DNA of 64,000 nt from an uncultured Chloroflexia bacterium (GTDB lineage: Bacteria; Chloroflexota; Dehalococcoidia; GIF9; UBA5629). The stretch's first letter is position 1, and the number at the start of each line of letters is the position of its first letter. Where the stretch lies: NCBI GenBank assembly GCA_963751585.1, contig CAVVVB010000017.1:110201-174200 (forward strand). Direction: 5' to 3'. Positions 52,176-63,932 of the stretch are shown here, piece after piece. A model generated the notes under the pieces. That model made no database searches, was not told where the DNA came from, and saw only the letters and a program-made list of their open reading frames with translations. Position numbers and translations under genes: made by a program.

Positions 52176-52841
52176 TCAAGATACGTCATCGAGAGTTACC
52201 CAGCCCTCTCGTAAAGCTCGTACTACAGCTTCTGTACGCGAACTGACCCGTAACTTAGTAAAAATGTTTGCTAAATGCCCTTGCACCGTGCGTACGCTCA
52301 GGCAAAGATCCTCGGCAATATCTTTGTTGCCTGAACCGCGTGTTACCAGCCTCAACACTTCCATCTCCCGGCCAGTCAGCAGCTCCAACGGCTTTTTCAC
52401 TTGCGTATTGGCAGAAACGCTAGCAAAGCGGTTTAGAACCTTTCGAGCAACTGCTGGATGAAGCACAGATTCGCCAGCATCTACCGCCCTGATGGCATCA
52501 ACTATCTCACGACCGCGAACATTCTTTAACAAGTAGCCGGCAGCCCCTGCCTCCAGCAAACCGAAAACGAACTGATCATCGTCATAAGCGCTGAGCACCA
52601 GTACCGCTATCGAAGGGCATAAAGCCTTTATCTGCCTGGTGGCTTCAATGCCATCTAGCTTCGGCATGGACACGTCAATCAAAGCGACATCTGGCTTTAA
52701 GTCGGAGGCAAACTTTACCGCTTCCTCACCATCGCCGGCTTCAGCAACTACTTCCAAGTCTGGTTCCTGTTCCAGAATTCGGCGCGTACCTTCACGCACA
52801 AATGCATGGTCATCTGCAATGAGAATCCTGATCTTTTTCAA
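52176..52841 (-). CDS. NarL/LuxR-family response regulator
   Basis: IADDH, D..MP..DG, GYLLK, LTGREMEVL..NKDIA..SVRTV..H. Confidence 0.95.
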   Translation of the reverse strand: MKKIRILIADDHAFVREGTRRILEQEPDLEVVAEAGDGEEAVKFASDLKPDVALIDVSMPKLDGIEATRQIKALCPSIAVLVLSAYDDDQFVFGLLEAGAAGYLLKNVRGREIVDAIRAVDAGESVLHPAVARKVLNRFASVSANTQVKKPLELLTGREMEVLRLVTRGSGNKDIAEDLCLSVRTVQGHLANIFTKLRVSSRTEAVVRALREGWVTLDDVS

Positions 52842-52971
52842 ATCATCTCCCTCCCATAACCCAATAATTGCAGTCCAGCGCCAAGATTATAATCAAAAAA
52901 GATAATTTTGCCTAGTCGTTCACTTTGGTTCTCAGGCATAAATGCTCACAGATGTTTCAGTATTTCAAGCC

Positions 52972-53000
52972 TTGACTGCAACATAAATGGGTACTATAAC
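52972..53000 (+). promoter_or_regulatory. Putative sigma70 promoter of the hdr-mvh operon
   Basis: TTGACT-17 nt-TATAAC, about 215 nt upstream of hdrC. Confidence 0.55.
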
Positions 53001-53214
53001 GGAAGCCAATCTGCGAGCAGATAGGTAAACTAATGTCGGAGTTGTTAGGCGGGAGAGAGTGGCGACTCATGTGCTTTCCACTACTTCAGGAAACGTTTAC
53101 CACCTTATCTACCTGTCTACCAAAGTCACGAAACAAAGCAAAAAACAACACTCCATTTGAGTTTTCCCGCGTTAGTTTTACAAGGGCTATGTTTTAGGCG
53201 AAGGGAGGTATAGG

Positions 53215-53787
53215 ATGGTGGCAAACATAAGGGGCAGCGGTAGCTTCGTGGACGAAATTTATGCTTTGCCAGGTGGTGAAGGAGTTCGCCTGTGTATTCA
53301 GTGTGGCACCTGTTCCGGGTCCTGTCCCAACGCCAGCAAGATGGATCATACCCCCCGTGAACTTATCGCCATGGCACGAGCTGGAATGCGGAAAGAGGTC
53401 CTATCCAGCAATTCAATGTGGCTTTGTCTATCTTGCTATCTTTGCACGGTGCGCTGCCCCAGGGGAATTGAGTCAACAGATTAATGCACGCCCTGGAGTC
53501 CCTAGCCATGCACTATGGCCTTAGCAGCAAACAAACACGCACGCCAATACTGTATAGACTCTTCAGTGACACTGTCTATAATGTCGGCCTCATTCCCCGT
53601 TTCGGCTGTATGACTCGATTTTATCTTCAGGTAAACCCATTTAGCGCCTTAAAGTCGATCCCTGTAGCGCTCGAACTTGTTCAAGCACAAGCGTATACAA
53701 ATCAAAAGCAAGAACTTGAAACCGGAGGCAAAACGCCAGCTGCAGACAATCTTAGACAAGGCCCAGGCACTGGGAGGCATATCATGA
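53215..53787 (+). CDS. hdrC: Heterodisulfide reductase subunit C-like, frameshifted; end approximate
   Basis: CIQCGTCSGSCP and WLCLSCYLCTVRCPRG. Confidence 0.85.
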
Positions 53788-54660
53788 GACATTATAGTTA
53801 TTTCCCAGGCTGCTGCATGCACGACGACAGTCCGATGTATGATACATCTGCCAGAGCCGTGGCTAAGGTCCTTGATACCGAACTCGTTGAGCTTGATGAA
53901 TGGAATTGTTGCGGTTCTACGCCGTACACCGTTGTCGACGAACTTGCTGCTTTTTGCTGCTGCGCCCGCAACCTAGCATTGGCTGAGAAAAGAGGACTTG
54001 ACCTGGTAGCCGCCTGCAGCGACTGCTACCTCATTCTAAACCGGACGAATCAACACTTCACAAAATATCCCGAGATAAGGAGGAAGATAAGCGACGCCCT
54101 AGCAGCTGGCGGCCTAGAATACCATGGAACTGTAAGAATGAGACATATCCTCGATGTTTTCGCCAATGATATCAGCCATGAAGAAATAGCATCGAAGGTC
54201 AAGATTGACCTTAGCGGGCTAAAAGTAGCACCTTATTATGGCTGCCAAGTGGTGAGACCGACACCTAGCTTTGACGACTGCGAATATCCTCAATCTCTAG
54301 ACCATCTGATACAGAGCCTGGGAGCACAAGCTGTACCATTTCCACTCAAGACTCGCTGCTGCGGTGGTTCTCTCATCCTCACAGAGGAAAACATCGCTCT
54401 GGAGCTGATGCACAAACTCCTTGATAACGCTTCAAGAAACGGCGCCGAGTGCATTGTCACTGTGTGCCCATTCTGCCAGACAAACCTAGATGTCTACCAA
54501 AGCTCAGGTTAACAAAAAGTTCAAGACCAAATATGAACTGCCTGTTTTATTTTTCACCCAGCTTATGGGCATAGCCTTTGGAATCGATCGCAAAGCCGTG
54601 GGCCTGGAGTACAACATCGTCCCAGCGGATAGAGTATTAGCCGCGCAGGCCAGAAGATGA
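53784..54660 (+). CDS. hdrB: Heterodisulfide reductase subunit B-like (two CCG domains), frameshift near 54500
   Basis: YFPGC, WNCCG, ACSDC, YYGC, CCGG, CPFCQTNLD, then LPVLFFTQLMG in a shifted frame. Confidence 0.88.
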
Positions 54661-54673
54661 TAAGGAGGGTCAA

Positions 54674-56642
54674 ATGGAGCCTAAAATAGGTGTCTATATC
54701 TGCCATTGTGGTGCCAACATCGCCGGCTACCGTCGACGTGGAGCAAGTAACCCAGTTTGCCAAAAGCCTTCCTTCGGTGGCCATAGCCCGTAATTATAAA
54801 TTCATGTGTTCAGACCCCGGCCAGGACCTGATAAAGAAGGACATTAAGGAACTAGGGCTTAATCGCGTTGTAGTAGCTTCATGCTCGCCACGATTACACG
54901 AACAAACTTTCAGGCGAACCATAGCCAGCGCCGGTCTGAATCCATACCTTTTCGAGATGGCCAACATCCGAGAACATTGTTCCTGGGTACACGAAGATAA
55001 GCGTAAGAAGCCACCGAGAAAGCAAAAGCCCTGCTTAGCGCTGCAGTAAGACGGGTTTCATATCACGTGCCGTTAGAAACTAAACAGGTCCCCGTCAATG
55101 CCAACACACTGGTGGTCGGCGCCGGTATCGCCGGTATACAGGCAGCGCTGGAGATCGCCGACTCAGGTCACAAAGTGTATTTGGTTGAACAAGAACCATC
55201 CATCGGTGGCCATATGGCACAGCTTGATAAGACCTTCCCCACTTTAGACTGTTCGGCCTGAATACTTACCCCAAAGATGGCCTCGGTGAGGTCACACAAA
55301 AATATCGAGCTGATGACTTACAGCGAAGTATCTGATGTCTCCGGCTACGTGGGCAATTTCAAGGTCAGGATAACAAAAAAGCCACGCTCCGTGGATGAAA
55401 CCAAATGTACCGGCTGCGGCACATGTCAGGATAAGTGTCCCATCAAAATTGATAGTGAATTTGATTTCGGCATCGGCAAAAGGAAGGCGATCTATACGCC
55501 GTTCCCCCAGGCTGTGCCGAACGTACCAGTGATAGACCGCGATCACTGCACCTACTTCCTCAAAGGAAAATGTCGCGCCTGCGATAAATTCTGTGAAGCC
55601 AAAGCAATCGATTTCGAGCAAACCGAGAAAACAGTTGACTTGGAGGTGGGCTCCATAATAGTGGCCACCGGTTTCGATCCATTTGACCCAACGCCGCTAT
55701 CGCAACTTGGCTACGGAAAATATGATAATGTCATCACAGGCATCCAGTTCGAGAGAATGAGCAGCGCGTCAGGGCCAACCGGCGGCAAAATACTGCTTAA
55801 AGACGGCTCCCAGCCCACAGCATAGCCATACTACACTGCGTCGGCAGCCGCGATCTCAACTATCACGAATATTGCTCTCGCGTCTGCTGCATGTACTCGC
55901 TCAAGTTTGCCCACCTGATACGAGAGAAAATACACCAAGCTGAAATCTACGAGCTCTATATAGACTTACGCTGTTTCGGCAAAGGCTATGAGGAATTTTA
56001 TAATCGTCTCCAGGAAGAAGGGGTAAACTTCATCCGGGGCCGTGCCGCGGAGGTTACCGATATCGCCGGAAAGTCCCGACGAGGAGGGAAAGCTCGTTGT
56101 TCTGCTGCGAAGATACTTTGATCAGCCGTCAACGGCGTATTCCCGTGGATATGGTTATTCTAAGCAATGCGCTGCAGCCCCGTGCCGATGCCAGCGAAGT
56201 GGCCAGACTATTTTCCATCAGCCGAAGCAAAGACGGCTTCTTCATGGAGAAGCATCCGAAGCTTGACCCGGTAGCTACGACAACTGATGGCGTTTTTGTT
56301 GCCGGCTGTTGCCAGGGACCAAAAGATATTCCTGATACGGTAGCCCAGGCATCAGCGGCTGCAGCTCGAGTGCTATGGCCATGATAAGCAAGGGCAATGT
56401 TGAGATCGAGGCAGCCACGGCAGTCGTTGAAGAAGAGTTCTGTTCTGGGTGCAAGACGTGTATTGCACTCTGCGCCTACTCAGGCGATTTCGTTTGATGA
56501 GGAAAAAAAGGTATCTACTATCAACGAAGCGTTATGCAAAGGCTGTGGTACTTGTGCGGCTGCCTGCCCCAGCGGGGCTATCACCAGCCGGCATTTCACT
56601 AGCCAGCAGATTATGGCACAGATGGAAGGGGTGTTGATATGA
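54674..56642 (+). CDS. hdrA: Heterodisulfide reductase subunit A-like flavoprotein, probable selenoprotein; several frameshifts
   Basis: [75 protein letters not shown]-terminal ferredoxin. Confidence 0.92.
55279..55293 (+). promoter_or_regulatory. Candidate bacterial SECIS hairpin for the hdrA UGA (55259-55261)
   Basis: ggcctc-GGT-gaggtc stem-loop starting 17 nt after the UGA. Confidence 0.65.
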
Positions 56643-57060
56643 GCTTTGAGCCTAAGATAGTCGGCTTTCTGTGCAACTGGTGTTCCTACGCAGGGGCTGA
56701 CCTGGCAGGCACATCTCGAAAAAAATATGCCCCAAATGTACGCGTAGTCCGTGTCATGTGCAGCGGCCGGGTAGAGCCAACCTTTATCCTTAAAGCTTTC
56801 AGGCGGGGGCAGACGGTGTGCTGGTCTGCGGCTGACATCCCGGCGAATGTCATTACCTGGAAGGTAATGTAAAGGCAGCTCGCAGGATGCCATTGCTCAA
56901 GAAAATGCTGGCGCAATTTGGCATCGAGGAGGAGCGAGTGAGACTGGACTGGGTTTCGGCTTCAGAAGGAGACCGCTTTGCCTCTATCGTCAATGATATG
57001 ACCGAGCAACTGAAGAAGCTTGGACCTTTCAACCGCAACAATGGAGGTGGGAATGGCTAA
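56639..57060 (+). CDS. mvhD: MvhD [2Fe-2S] hydrogenase iron-sulfur subunit, probable selenoprotein; frameshift near 56800
   Basis: [53 protein letters not shown]. Confidence 0.92.
56851..56869 (+). promoter_or_regulatory. Candidate bacterial SECIS hairpin for the mvhD UGA (56833-56835)
   Basis: Perfect 8-bp stem cattacct-GGA-aggtaatg starting 15 nt after the UGA. Confidence 0.75.
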
Positions 57061-58016
57061 GCTGAAATTGGCTCTGTACTGGGCGGCGAGTTGCGGTGGC
57101 TGCGAAATCGCCCAACTGCAGATCGGCGATAAGATACTCAAAGTTGGTGGAGGCAGCCGACATTGTTTTCTGGCCGGTAGCTATCGATGTTAAGTATAAG
57201 GATGTTGAAGCCATGCCAGACAAAGAGCATAGATGTCTGCCTGTTCAATGGCGGCATCAGAAATTCCGAGCAGGAACACATGGCCAAAATGCTCCGCGAA
57301 AAATCCAAGGTGATGATTGCCTACGGTGCCTGCGCCTATGAAGGCGGTATTCCCGGCCTGGCCAACATGTTCAACCGGCAGACGATTTTCGACCGTGTTT
57401 ACCTGGAAACACCGTCTACGGATAATCAAAGACAAAGTCATCCCGCAGACAAAATACAAGGTCCCTGAGGGCGAACTCACTATCCCGGAATTCTATGATA
57501 CTGTAAGAACCCTGGCCAGACCGTGGACGTGGACTACATCATCCCCGGCTGTCCCCCGGAAGAGAGGACAACCTGGCTGGCGCTGGAAGCCCTGATTGAA
57601 GGCAAATTGCCCCCCAAGGGAACGGTCATCAGCCACAACGCCAAAGCGGTATGCGATGATTGCCCCCGAAAGAGAGACGTGAAAAAGGTCAAGAAATTCT
57701 ATCGGACCTTTGAAATCATCACCGGAGCCGGAGATATGCCTTGCTGGAACAGGGGCTGCTCTGTGCCGGCATGGCCACCCGGGGTGGCTGCGGGGCGCCC
57801 TGCCCCCAGGCCAATATGCCCTGCACCGGCTGCTACGGACCGGTAGAGGGAGTCATTGACCAGGGAGCTCATTTCCTGAGCGCCGTAGCTTCGGTCATCG
57901 ATTCCAATGACCCGGAAGAAATCCAGAAAATCATTGATGATATCCGCGACCCGGTGGGCACATTCTACCGCTACAGCCTGCCTGATTCGCTATTAAGGAG
58001 GGCAAGAATAAAATGA
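57053..58016 (+). CDS. mvhG: [NiFe]-hydrogenase small subunit (MvhG-like), frameshifted
   Basis: WAASCGGC, GACAYEGGIPGLAN, IPGCPP, CDDCPR, CAGMATRGGCGAPCP..PCTGCYGP. Confidence 0.88.
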
Positions 58017-59476
58017 AAAAGATAACCATAGACCCGATTACCCGGCTGGAAGGTCATGGCAAGATAGAGATATTCCTCAATGATGCCGGTGAGGTCGAAA
58101 ATAGCTTACTTCCAGGTTCCGGAGCTGAGGGGCTTTGAGAAGTTCGCCGAAGGGCGTCTGGCTGAGGACATGCCCCAGATAACCCAGAGAATCTGCGGCG
58201 TTTGCCCTGAAGCCCACCACATGGCATCAACCAAAGCGCTGGATGACCGTGTTCCATGTTGACCCGCCCAGCCCGGCCAAGAAACTCCGCGAGCTTTTCT
58301 ACAGCTCCTTCTATGTTACTGACCATACCACCCATTTCTATATCCTTGGCGGTCCCGATTTCGTCATGGGCCCGGAGGCTCCGGTGGCCGAGCGCAATAT
58401 TCTGGGGGTCATTGCCAAAGTGGGCCTGGAACTGGCCGGAGCGGTGATCAAGACCCGCATGCAGAACCACCATATCATCCAGATGCTCGGCGGCAGGGCG
58501 GTGCACCCTGTCTTCGGCCTGCCCGGCGGCATCAGCAAGGGGCTTAACGAAGAGGAAAGGAAAGAGGTAGAGCAGATAGCCAAGGAATCTGTGGAGTTTG
58601 CCAAGCTGTCCCTGAAGGTCTTCGATGACATCGTCCTCAAGAACAAAGCCTATGTGGACATGATCCTCAGCGATGCCTATACCCACCATACCTATTACAT
58701 GGGCATGGTGGATGAGAACAACAAGGTCAATTTCTATGACGGCAAGGTGAGAGTAGTTGACCCCGATGGCAAAGAGTTTGCCAAATATGCGCCCGAGAGA
58801 ATATCTTGACCACATTGCCGAACACGTGGAGCCGTGGACCTATATCAAGTTCCCCTATCTCAAGAAGGTCGGCTGGAAAGGATTTGTGGATGGCAAGGAC
58901 AGCGGCGTTTTCCGGGTCGCTCCCTGGCCCGGCTGAATGCTGCCGATGGTATGGCGACTCCGCTGGCCCAGGAAGCCTATGAGAAAGTTCTATTCTACGC
59001 TGGGCGGCAAGCCGGTCCACCATACCCTGGCCACCCATTGGGCACGCCTGATCGAACTTCTCTATGCCGCGGAAAGGTTGTTGGAACTGAGCCAAGACCC
59101 TGAAATCACCAGCCCCAATATCCGCACCATTCCCACAGCTACCCCGGATGAAGGTGTAGGCATCGTCGAGGCCCCACGAGGCACACTGACTCATCACTAT
59201 ATCACCGATGAAAAAGGCGTGATCAAGAAAGCCAATCTGATTGTGGCTACGGTGAATAACGCCGCCGCCATCAACATGTCCGTCAAGAAAGCCGCCATGG
59301 CGCTCATCAAGCCCGGCAAAGAGATTACCGAGGGGCTGCTCAACCGCATTGAAATGGCCTGGCGTCCCTATGACCCTTGCTTCGGCTGCGCCACCCATGC
59401 TCTGGCCGGCAAGGCACCAATGGAGATAATTATCCGCAATAGTAAGGGACTACTTATAGAGAGGCTAGACCGTTAA
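58013..59476 (+). CDS. mvhA: [NiFe]-hydrogenase large subunit (MvhA-like, group 3c by context), frameshifted
   Basis: [22 protein letters not shown] (L1), [18 protein letters not shown] (L2) plus a C-terminal extension. Confidence 0.92.
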
Positions 59477-59577
59477 TCTGCACCCGCTTTGCCTAACCAG
59501 CAATTTGCTGCGTTAGTTCGGAAAGCGGTGTCCACTGGATTGCTACACTATCGCAATCGCAAAAGTAGCCCCTCCGT

Positions 59578-59605
59578 TTGATTCTGCCCAAAAATAATGT
59601 ATAAT
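59578..59605 (+). promoter_or_regulatory. Putative promoter for etfBA and the Fe-S oxidoreductase gene
   Basis: TTGATT-16 nt-TATAAT. Confidence 0.45.
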
Positions 59606-59760
59606 ATCCGACTGCATAGATAGCGCTATACGACGGCGTGTGGCTGTCAACCCGGGGCATATAAATAAAAACAACTCAAAAACCATATAACAACTTGCCT
59701 CGGATTTTATAAGGTCCAGGCTCGTCTCTAGGCGATTCTGGCGGAGTAACAGATCTACTT

Positions 59761-60573
59761 ATGTTAGTAATAGCGTGCGTCAAGCAGGTTCCGGATCCAC
59801 GCAGGTCAAGATTGATCCTGTAACCGGCACCTTGATCAGAGAGGGCGTACCCTTTCATTATGAATCCTTTCGATACGCATGCTCTGGAAGAAAGCTTGAG
59901 GTTGAAGGACAAGTATGGTTTCCACGTGGCCGTTATCTCTATGGGCCCTCCCAATACCGAGGTTACGCTGAGAAAGGCGCTGGCGGTCGGGGCTGACCAA
60001 GCCATATTGCTCAGTGACCGTGCCTTCGGCGGCGCTGACACGCTGGCTACAAGCCTGGTGCTGGCGGAGGCCGTTAAGAGACTAGCGGAACAGGAAGAAG
60101 TAGCAGCGGTCATCACCGGCAAACAGACAATCGATGGAGATACTGCCCAGGTAGGGCCGGGTATCGCCACACGGCTCGGCTATTCGCAGCTTACATTGGT
60201 GGACCACATTGAGTTAGTAGATATCAAGGCCAGAAAGTTGAGATGCCGACGTAAGCTCGAAGGACGACATGAAATGGTGGAAGCCAATATGCCGGCTATG
60301 ATCTCCGTACTGAGAGAAATCAATCATCCACGTTACCCCACGGTGCCCATGCGCCTTTCCTCAGCCGATGCTGCAATCCCACTGTGGGACAACAACGTGA
60401 TGCAATTGGACAAGGCCACTGTAGGCCTCAATGGGTCGGCTACGGCCGTACGTAAGATATTCTCCCCGGAAAGACCCAAAGGACAAATCATCGGCGACGG
60501 ACTGAACGCTCCTGAGCAAGCCGCCGAATTGCTCATAAACAAGCTCGTAGAACGAGACTTGCTGTACACGTGA
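59761..60573 (+). CDS. etfB: Electron transfer flavoprotein beta subunit, frameshifts near the 5' end
   Basis: ACVKQVPD, NPFD, SMGPP, FGGADTLATS, GKQTIDGDTAQVGP, N.PRYP. Confidence 0.93.
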
Positions 60574-60589
60574 CCTAAAAAGGTTCCAA

Positions 60590-61916
60590 ATGCCCGAAGA
60601 GAAGAAAATTAAGAAACCAAGAGGCGTAGCCAGGCTGATCCCGGGGAAATGCATCGCCTGCGGTGCTCGGTGCCAGACTGCCTGCCCTAAAGATGCCATA
60701 GAGATGGACGACAAAGGCGAGCCGATAATCGATTTGCAGAAATGCATCGGCTGCCGCAAGTGTGTCAATGTCTGCCCCGCCGAAGCTATCGAGATGTATT
60801 TCACGCCAGAGGAATTGAAAATCCTGGCTGAGCTGGAAGCCAAGGCTAAGGTCGCCGAGAAACCAGAGGTTGAAGAGGGTGAAGAGCCCGATGTTGCGGT
60901 TAAGCTCAAACAGTACCATGACGTCTGGGTTTTTGTAGAACAAACCGAAGGCCAGCCAGCTACCGTCGCCTGGGAGCTGCTCGGCATAGGCGGCGAACTG
61001 GCCAAGCACAGGGGCATGGAACTCTGCTCTGTAGTCGTAGGTGAACACGTAGAGAAGCTATGCCAGGAGTCCTTTGCCTACGGGGCTACTAAGTCCTACC
61101 TCGTGGACGATTCCATATTTCACAATTATCGAACGGAGCCCTACTACAAGGCTATCTGCAATCTGGTCGAGACCTACAAGCCGGAAATCGTATTGTTCGG
61201 GGCTACCGGTTTGGGCAGAGACCTGGCCGGCGCCGTTGCCACCCAACTGGCTACAGGACTAACTGCGGATTGCACCGGCCTATCAATCGATGATCGAGGC
61301 TTCTTGCTGCAGACGCGTCCTGCATTCGGCGGTAACATCATGGCCACCATTACTACCGAGCGCACACGACCACAGATGGCCACCGTCCGTCCCCACGTCA
61401 TGCCCATGCCCCAGCGAGACGACTCGCGAACAGGCAACATAATGCGCGAGAAGGTATCTTTCAAGGGCGAGGATTTTTCCGTCAAGGTGCTGGAAATAAT
61501 CAGGGACACCAGAGGGGATGAAATAGATATCGCCGCGGCTGACATTATCGTTTCCGGTGGGCGTGGTATGGCTAACAAAGAGAATTTCGAACTGCTACAA
61601 AAACTGGCAGACGAACTCGGCGGTGTCATTGGTTGTTCACGAGCTGTGGTAGAAGCCGGCTGGATACCCGTCGAACGACAGGTAGGGCAGACAGGAAAGA
61701 CAGTCAGACCCAAAATATATATAGCCTGTGGAATCAGCGGCGCTATTCAGCACCTGGTGGGCATGCAGAGTTCCGACGTTATCATCGCCATCAACCGGGA
61801 TAAGGACGCGCCTATTTTCGAGGTGGCTACATACGGCATCGTGGGAGATGTTTTCCAGGTAGTGCCGTGCTATACTGAAACGAATACATGATTTACGCGC
61901 CGAAAAAACGAAATGA
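60590..61916 (+). CDS. etfA: Electron transfer flavoprotein alpha subunit with N-terminal 2[4Fe-4S] ferredoxin; frameshift near the 3' end
   Basis: CIACGARCQTACP and CIGCRKCVNVCP; TGLTADCT, RPAFGGN, QVGQTGKTV, GISGAIQH. Confidence 0.93.
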
Positions 61917-61938
61917 TGCGGGCAAAAGGGGTTGAATA

Positions 61939-63932
61939 TTGTCACCTAATATAGCGATATATTCGCAGTCATTTTTCTGGCAGCCCTGGCAGTTTTTCGG
62001 CTGGAGCTGTTACCGGCGTTTTCAGCCTTATCATGCTGGGCAAGCCCGATAACCGCTTCAGGAAAGTCGGAAGACGTGTCTGGTTCATGCTGCTTTATGC
62101 CTTCGGCCAGAAGAGAGTGGCTGGCCGGCGCTTTCGGCATTAACCACGTGGTGCTCTTCTGGTGTTTCATAATCCTGCTGTTGGCAAACACTATCTTTCT
62201 GTTTAATGGTGTATTCCCTGACTATGTTACTTTGTCCAGGCTTCCGGACGCGGCCAACTACGTGCTGTCATTTATTTTCGATATAGTATCAATCCTGGCT
62301 TTACTCGCCGTCTGTGTCGCCATAATCCGCCGTCTGGCGTTTCCGCCAGCATACATCGAAGCGCGAACTCGTGATGCCTTCATCATACTCAGCCTTATCG
62401 GCATCCTGATGATCGCCTTTTTCGGTCTGCATCGCCGTTCGATATCAGGCGGGGACAGGAGATAGCAGCGGCATTCATGCCGGTATCCGGTTTTGTGGCC
62501 AATGTCTTCATGCCGCATTTCGGATTTCATTACGGACTCGGCTAGGCTGAGAGAGCTATTCTGGTGGGTTCATGCTCTGGCACTGCTATCCTTCCTCAAC
62601 TACCTGCCGTACAGCAAGCATATGCATATCCTGACTTCCATACCCAACTGTTATTTCAGGAGCCTCACAAGGTCAACACTCAGCCGCGAGAGGAGTTCAA
62701 GAAGGGTAACGCCTTCGGCGTGGGACAGTCGACCAGTTCAACTGGAAAGACCTGTTCGATTCCTATTCCTGCACCGAGTGCGGCCGTTGTACTGACATCT
62801 GTCCCGCCACCGCCACCGGCAAGGTGCTGAATCCGCGGCTGATAATTCATGATATGAAGGTGAACTTGTTGCACAATGGCACCCTGCTGGCCAAGCACGA
62901 AGCCCCGGATTCAGCGCTACCGCTTGTCGGTGGCAGACAAGGAAGGCAGCGTGGCAGAGGAAGCCATCTGGGCCTGCACCACCTGCGGCGCCTGCATGGA
63001 AGTCTGCCCTGTATTCATCGAGCACGTACCCAAGATAGTATCGACATGCGTCGCCACCTGGTAGAGATGAAATCCAAGTTCCCTCAGGAATTGCTCGCCT
63101 TCTTCGAAAACATCGAACACCGCAGCAACCCATGGGGCATTGCTCCGGCTGAACGCGCCAAGTGGGCTTCGGACCTGAAGTGAAGCCTTTTGAGGCAGGA
63201 AAGACAGAATATCTCTTTTACGTTGGCTGTTACGGCGCTTTCGATTCTCGCAGCCGGCAAGTCACCCTAGCTATAGCCACAATACTGGATCGTGCCGGAA
63301 TATCCTGGGGCATATTGGGCACGAGAGGAGCTCTGCTGTGGAGACAGCTTGCGCCGATTGGGTAACGAGTATCGTCTTCGACAACATGGTAAAGGCCAAC
63401 GTCAAGCTGTTCGCTGACAAGGGGATCAAGAAGATCATTACCCAATGCCCTCACTGCTACAGCACCTTCAAGAACGACTATCGACAATACGATATCCAGC
63501 TGGATGTAATTCATCACACCGAGCTAATTGACCAACTACTCAAGGAGAACAGGCTAAAACTGAACGCTGCCGTCGACCTTGGCAACATCGTGTTTCATGA
63601 TTCATGCTATCTAGGAAGGTACAACTCAAGATATGAAGCACCCAGAAACGCTATCCAGGCCGTTACCGGACAAAGCCCTGGAAATGAAACGGCATCGGGA
63701 AAACTCGTTCTGCTGCGGTGCCGGCGGAGGTCGCATGTGGATGGAGGAGAGCACGCCGAGAAAAATCTACCAGGCCCGAGCTGAAGAAGCGCTCGAGCAG
63801 AATCCAGCTGCGATATGCGTCTGCTGTCCATACTGCATGACCATGTTTGAAGACGGCCTCAAAGACAAGGGCGTGCTGGGCACCGTAAACGTTCTGGACC
63901 TGGCGGAGATAGTTCAGAAAGCTCTAAAATAG
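61939..63932 (+). CDS. Membrane-bound Fe-S oxidoreductase (TM + 4Fe-4S + CCG; HdrF/FadF/ETF:quinone oxidoreductase-like), heavily frameshifted; start approximate
   Basis: TM helices with WWVH and [67 protein letters not shown]. Confidence 0.88.

Noticed and set aside
53215-63932. Mass pseudogenisation or programmed frameshifting of the hdr-mvh-etf locus
   Set aside because: The breaks are single-base gains or losses with all motifs intact, and the same pattern hits essential genes (ileS, dnaG). This fits uncorrected long-read indels; read polishing would settle it.
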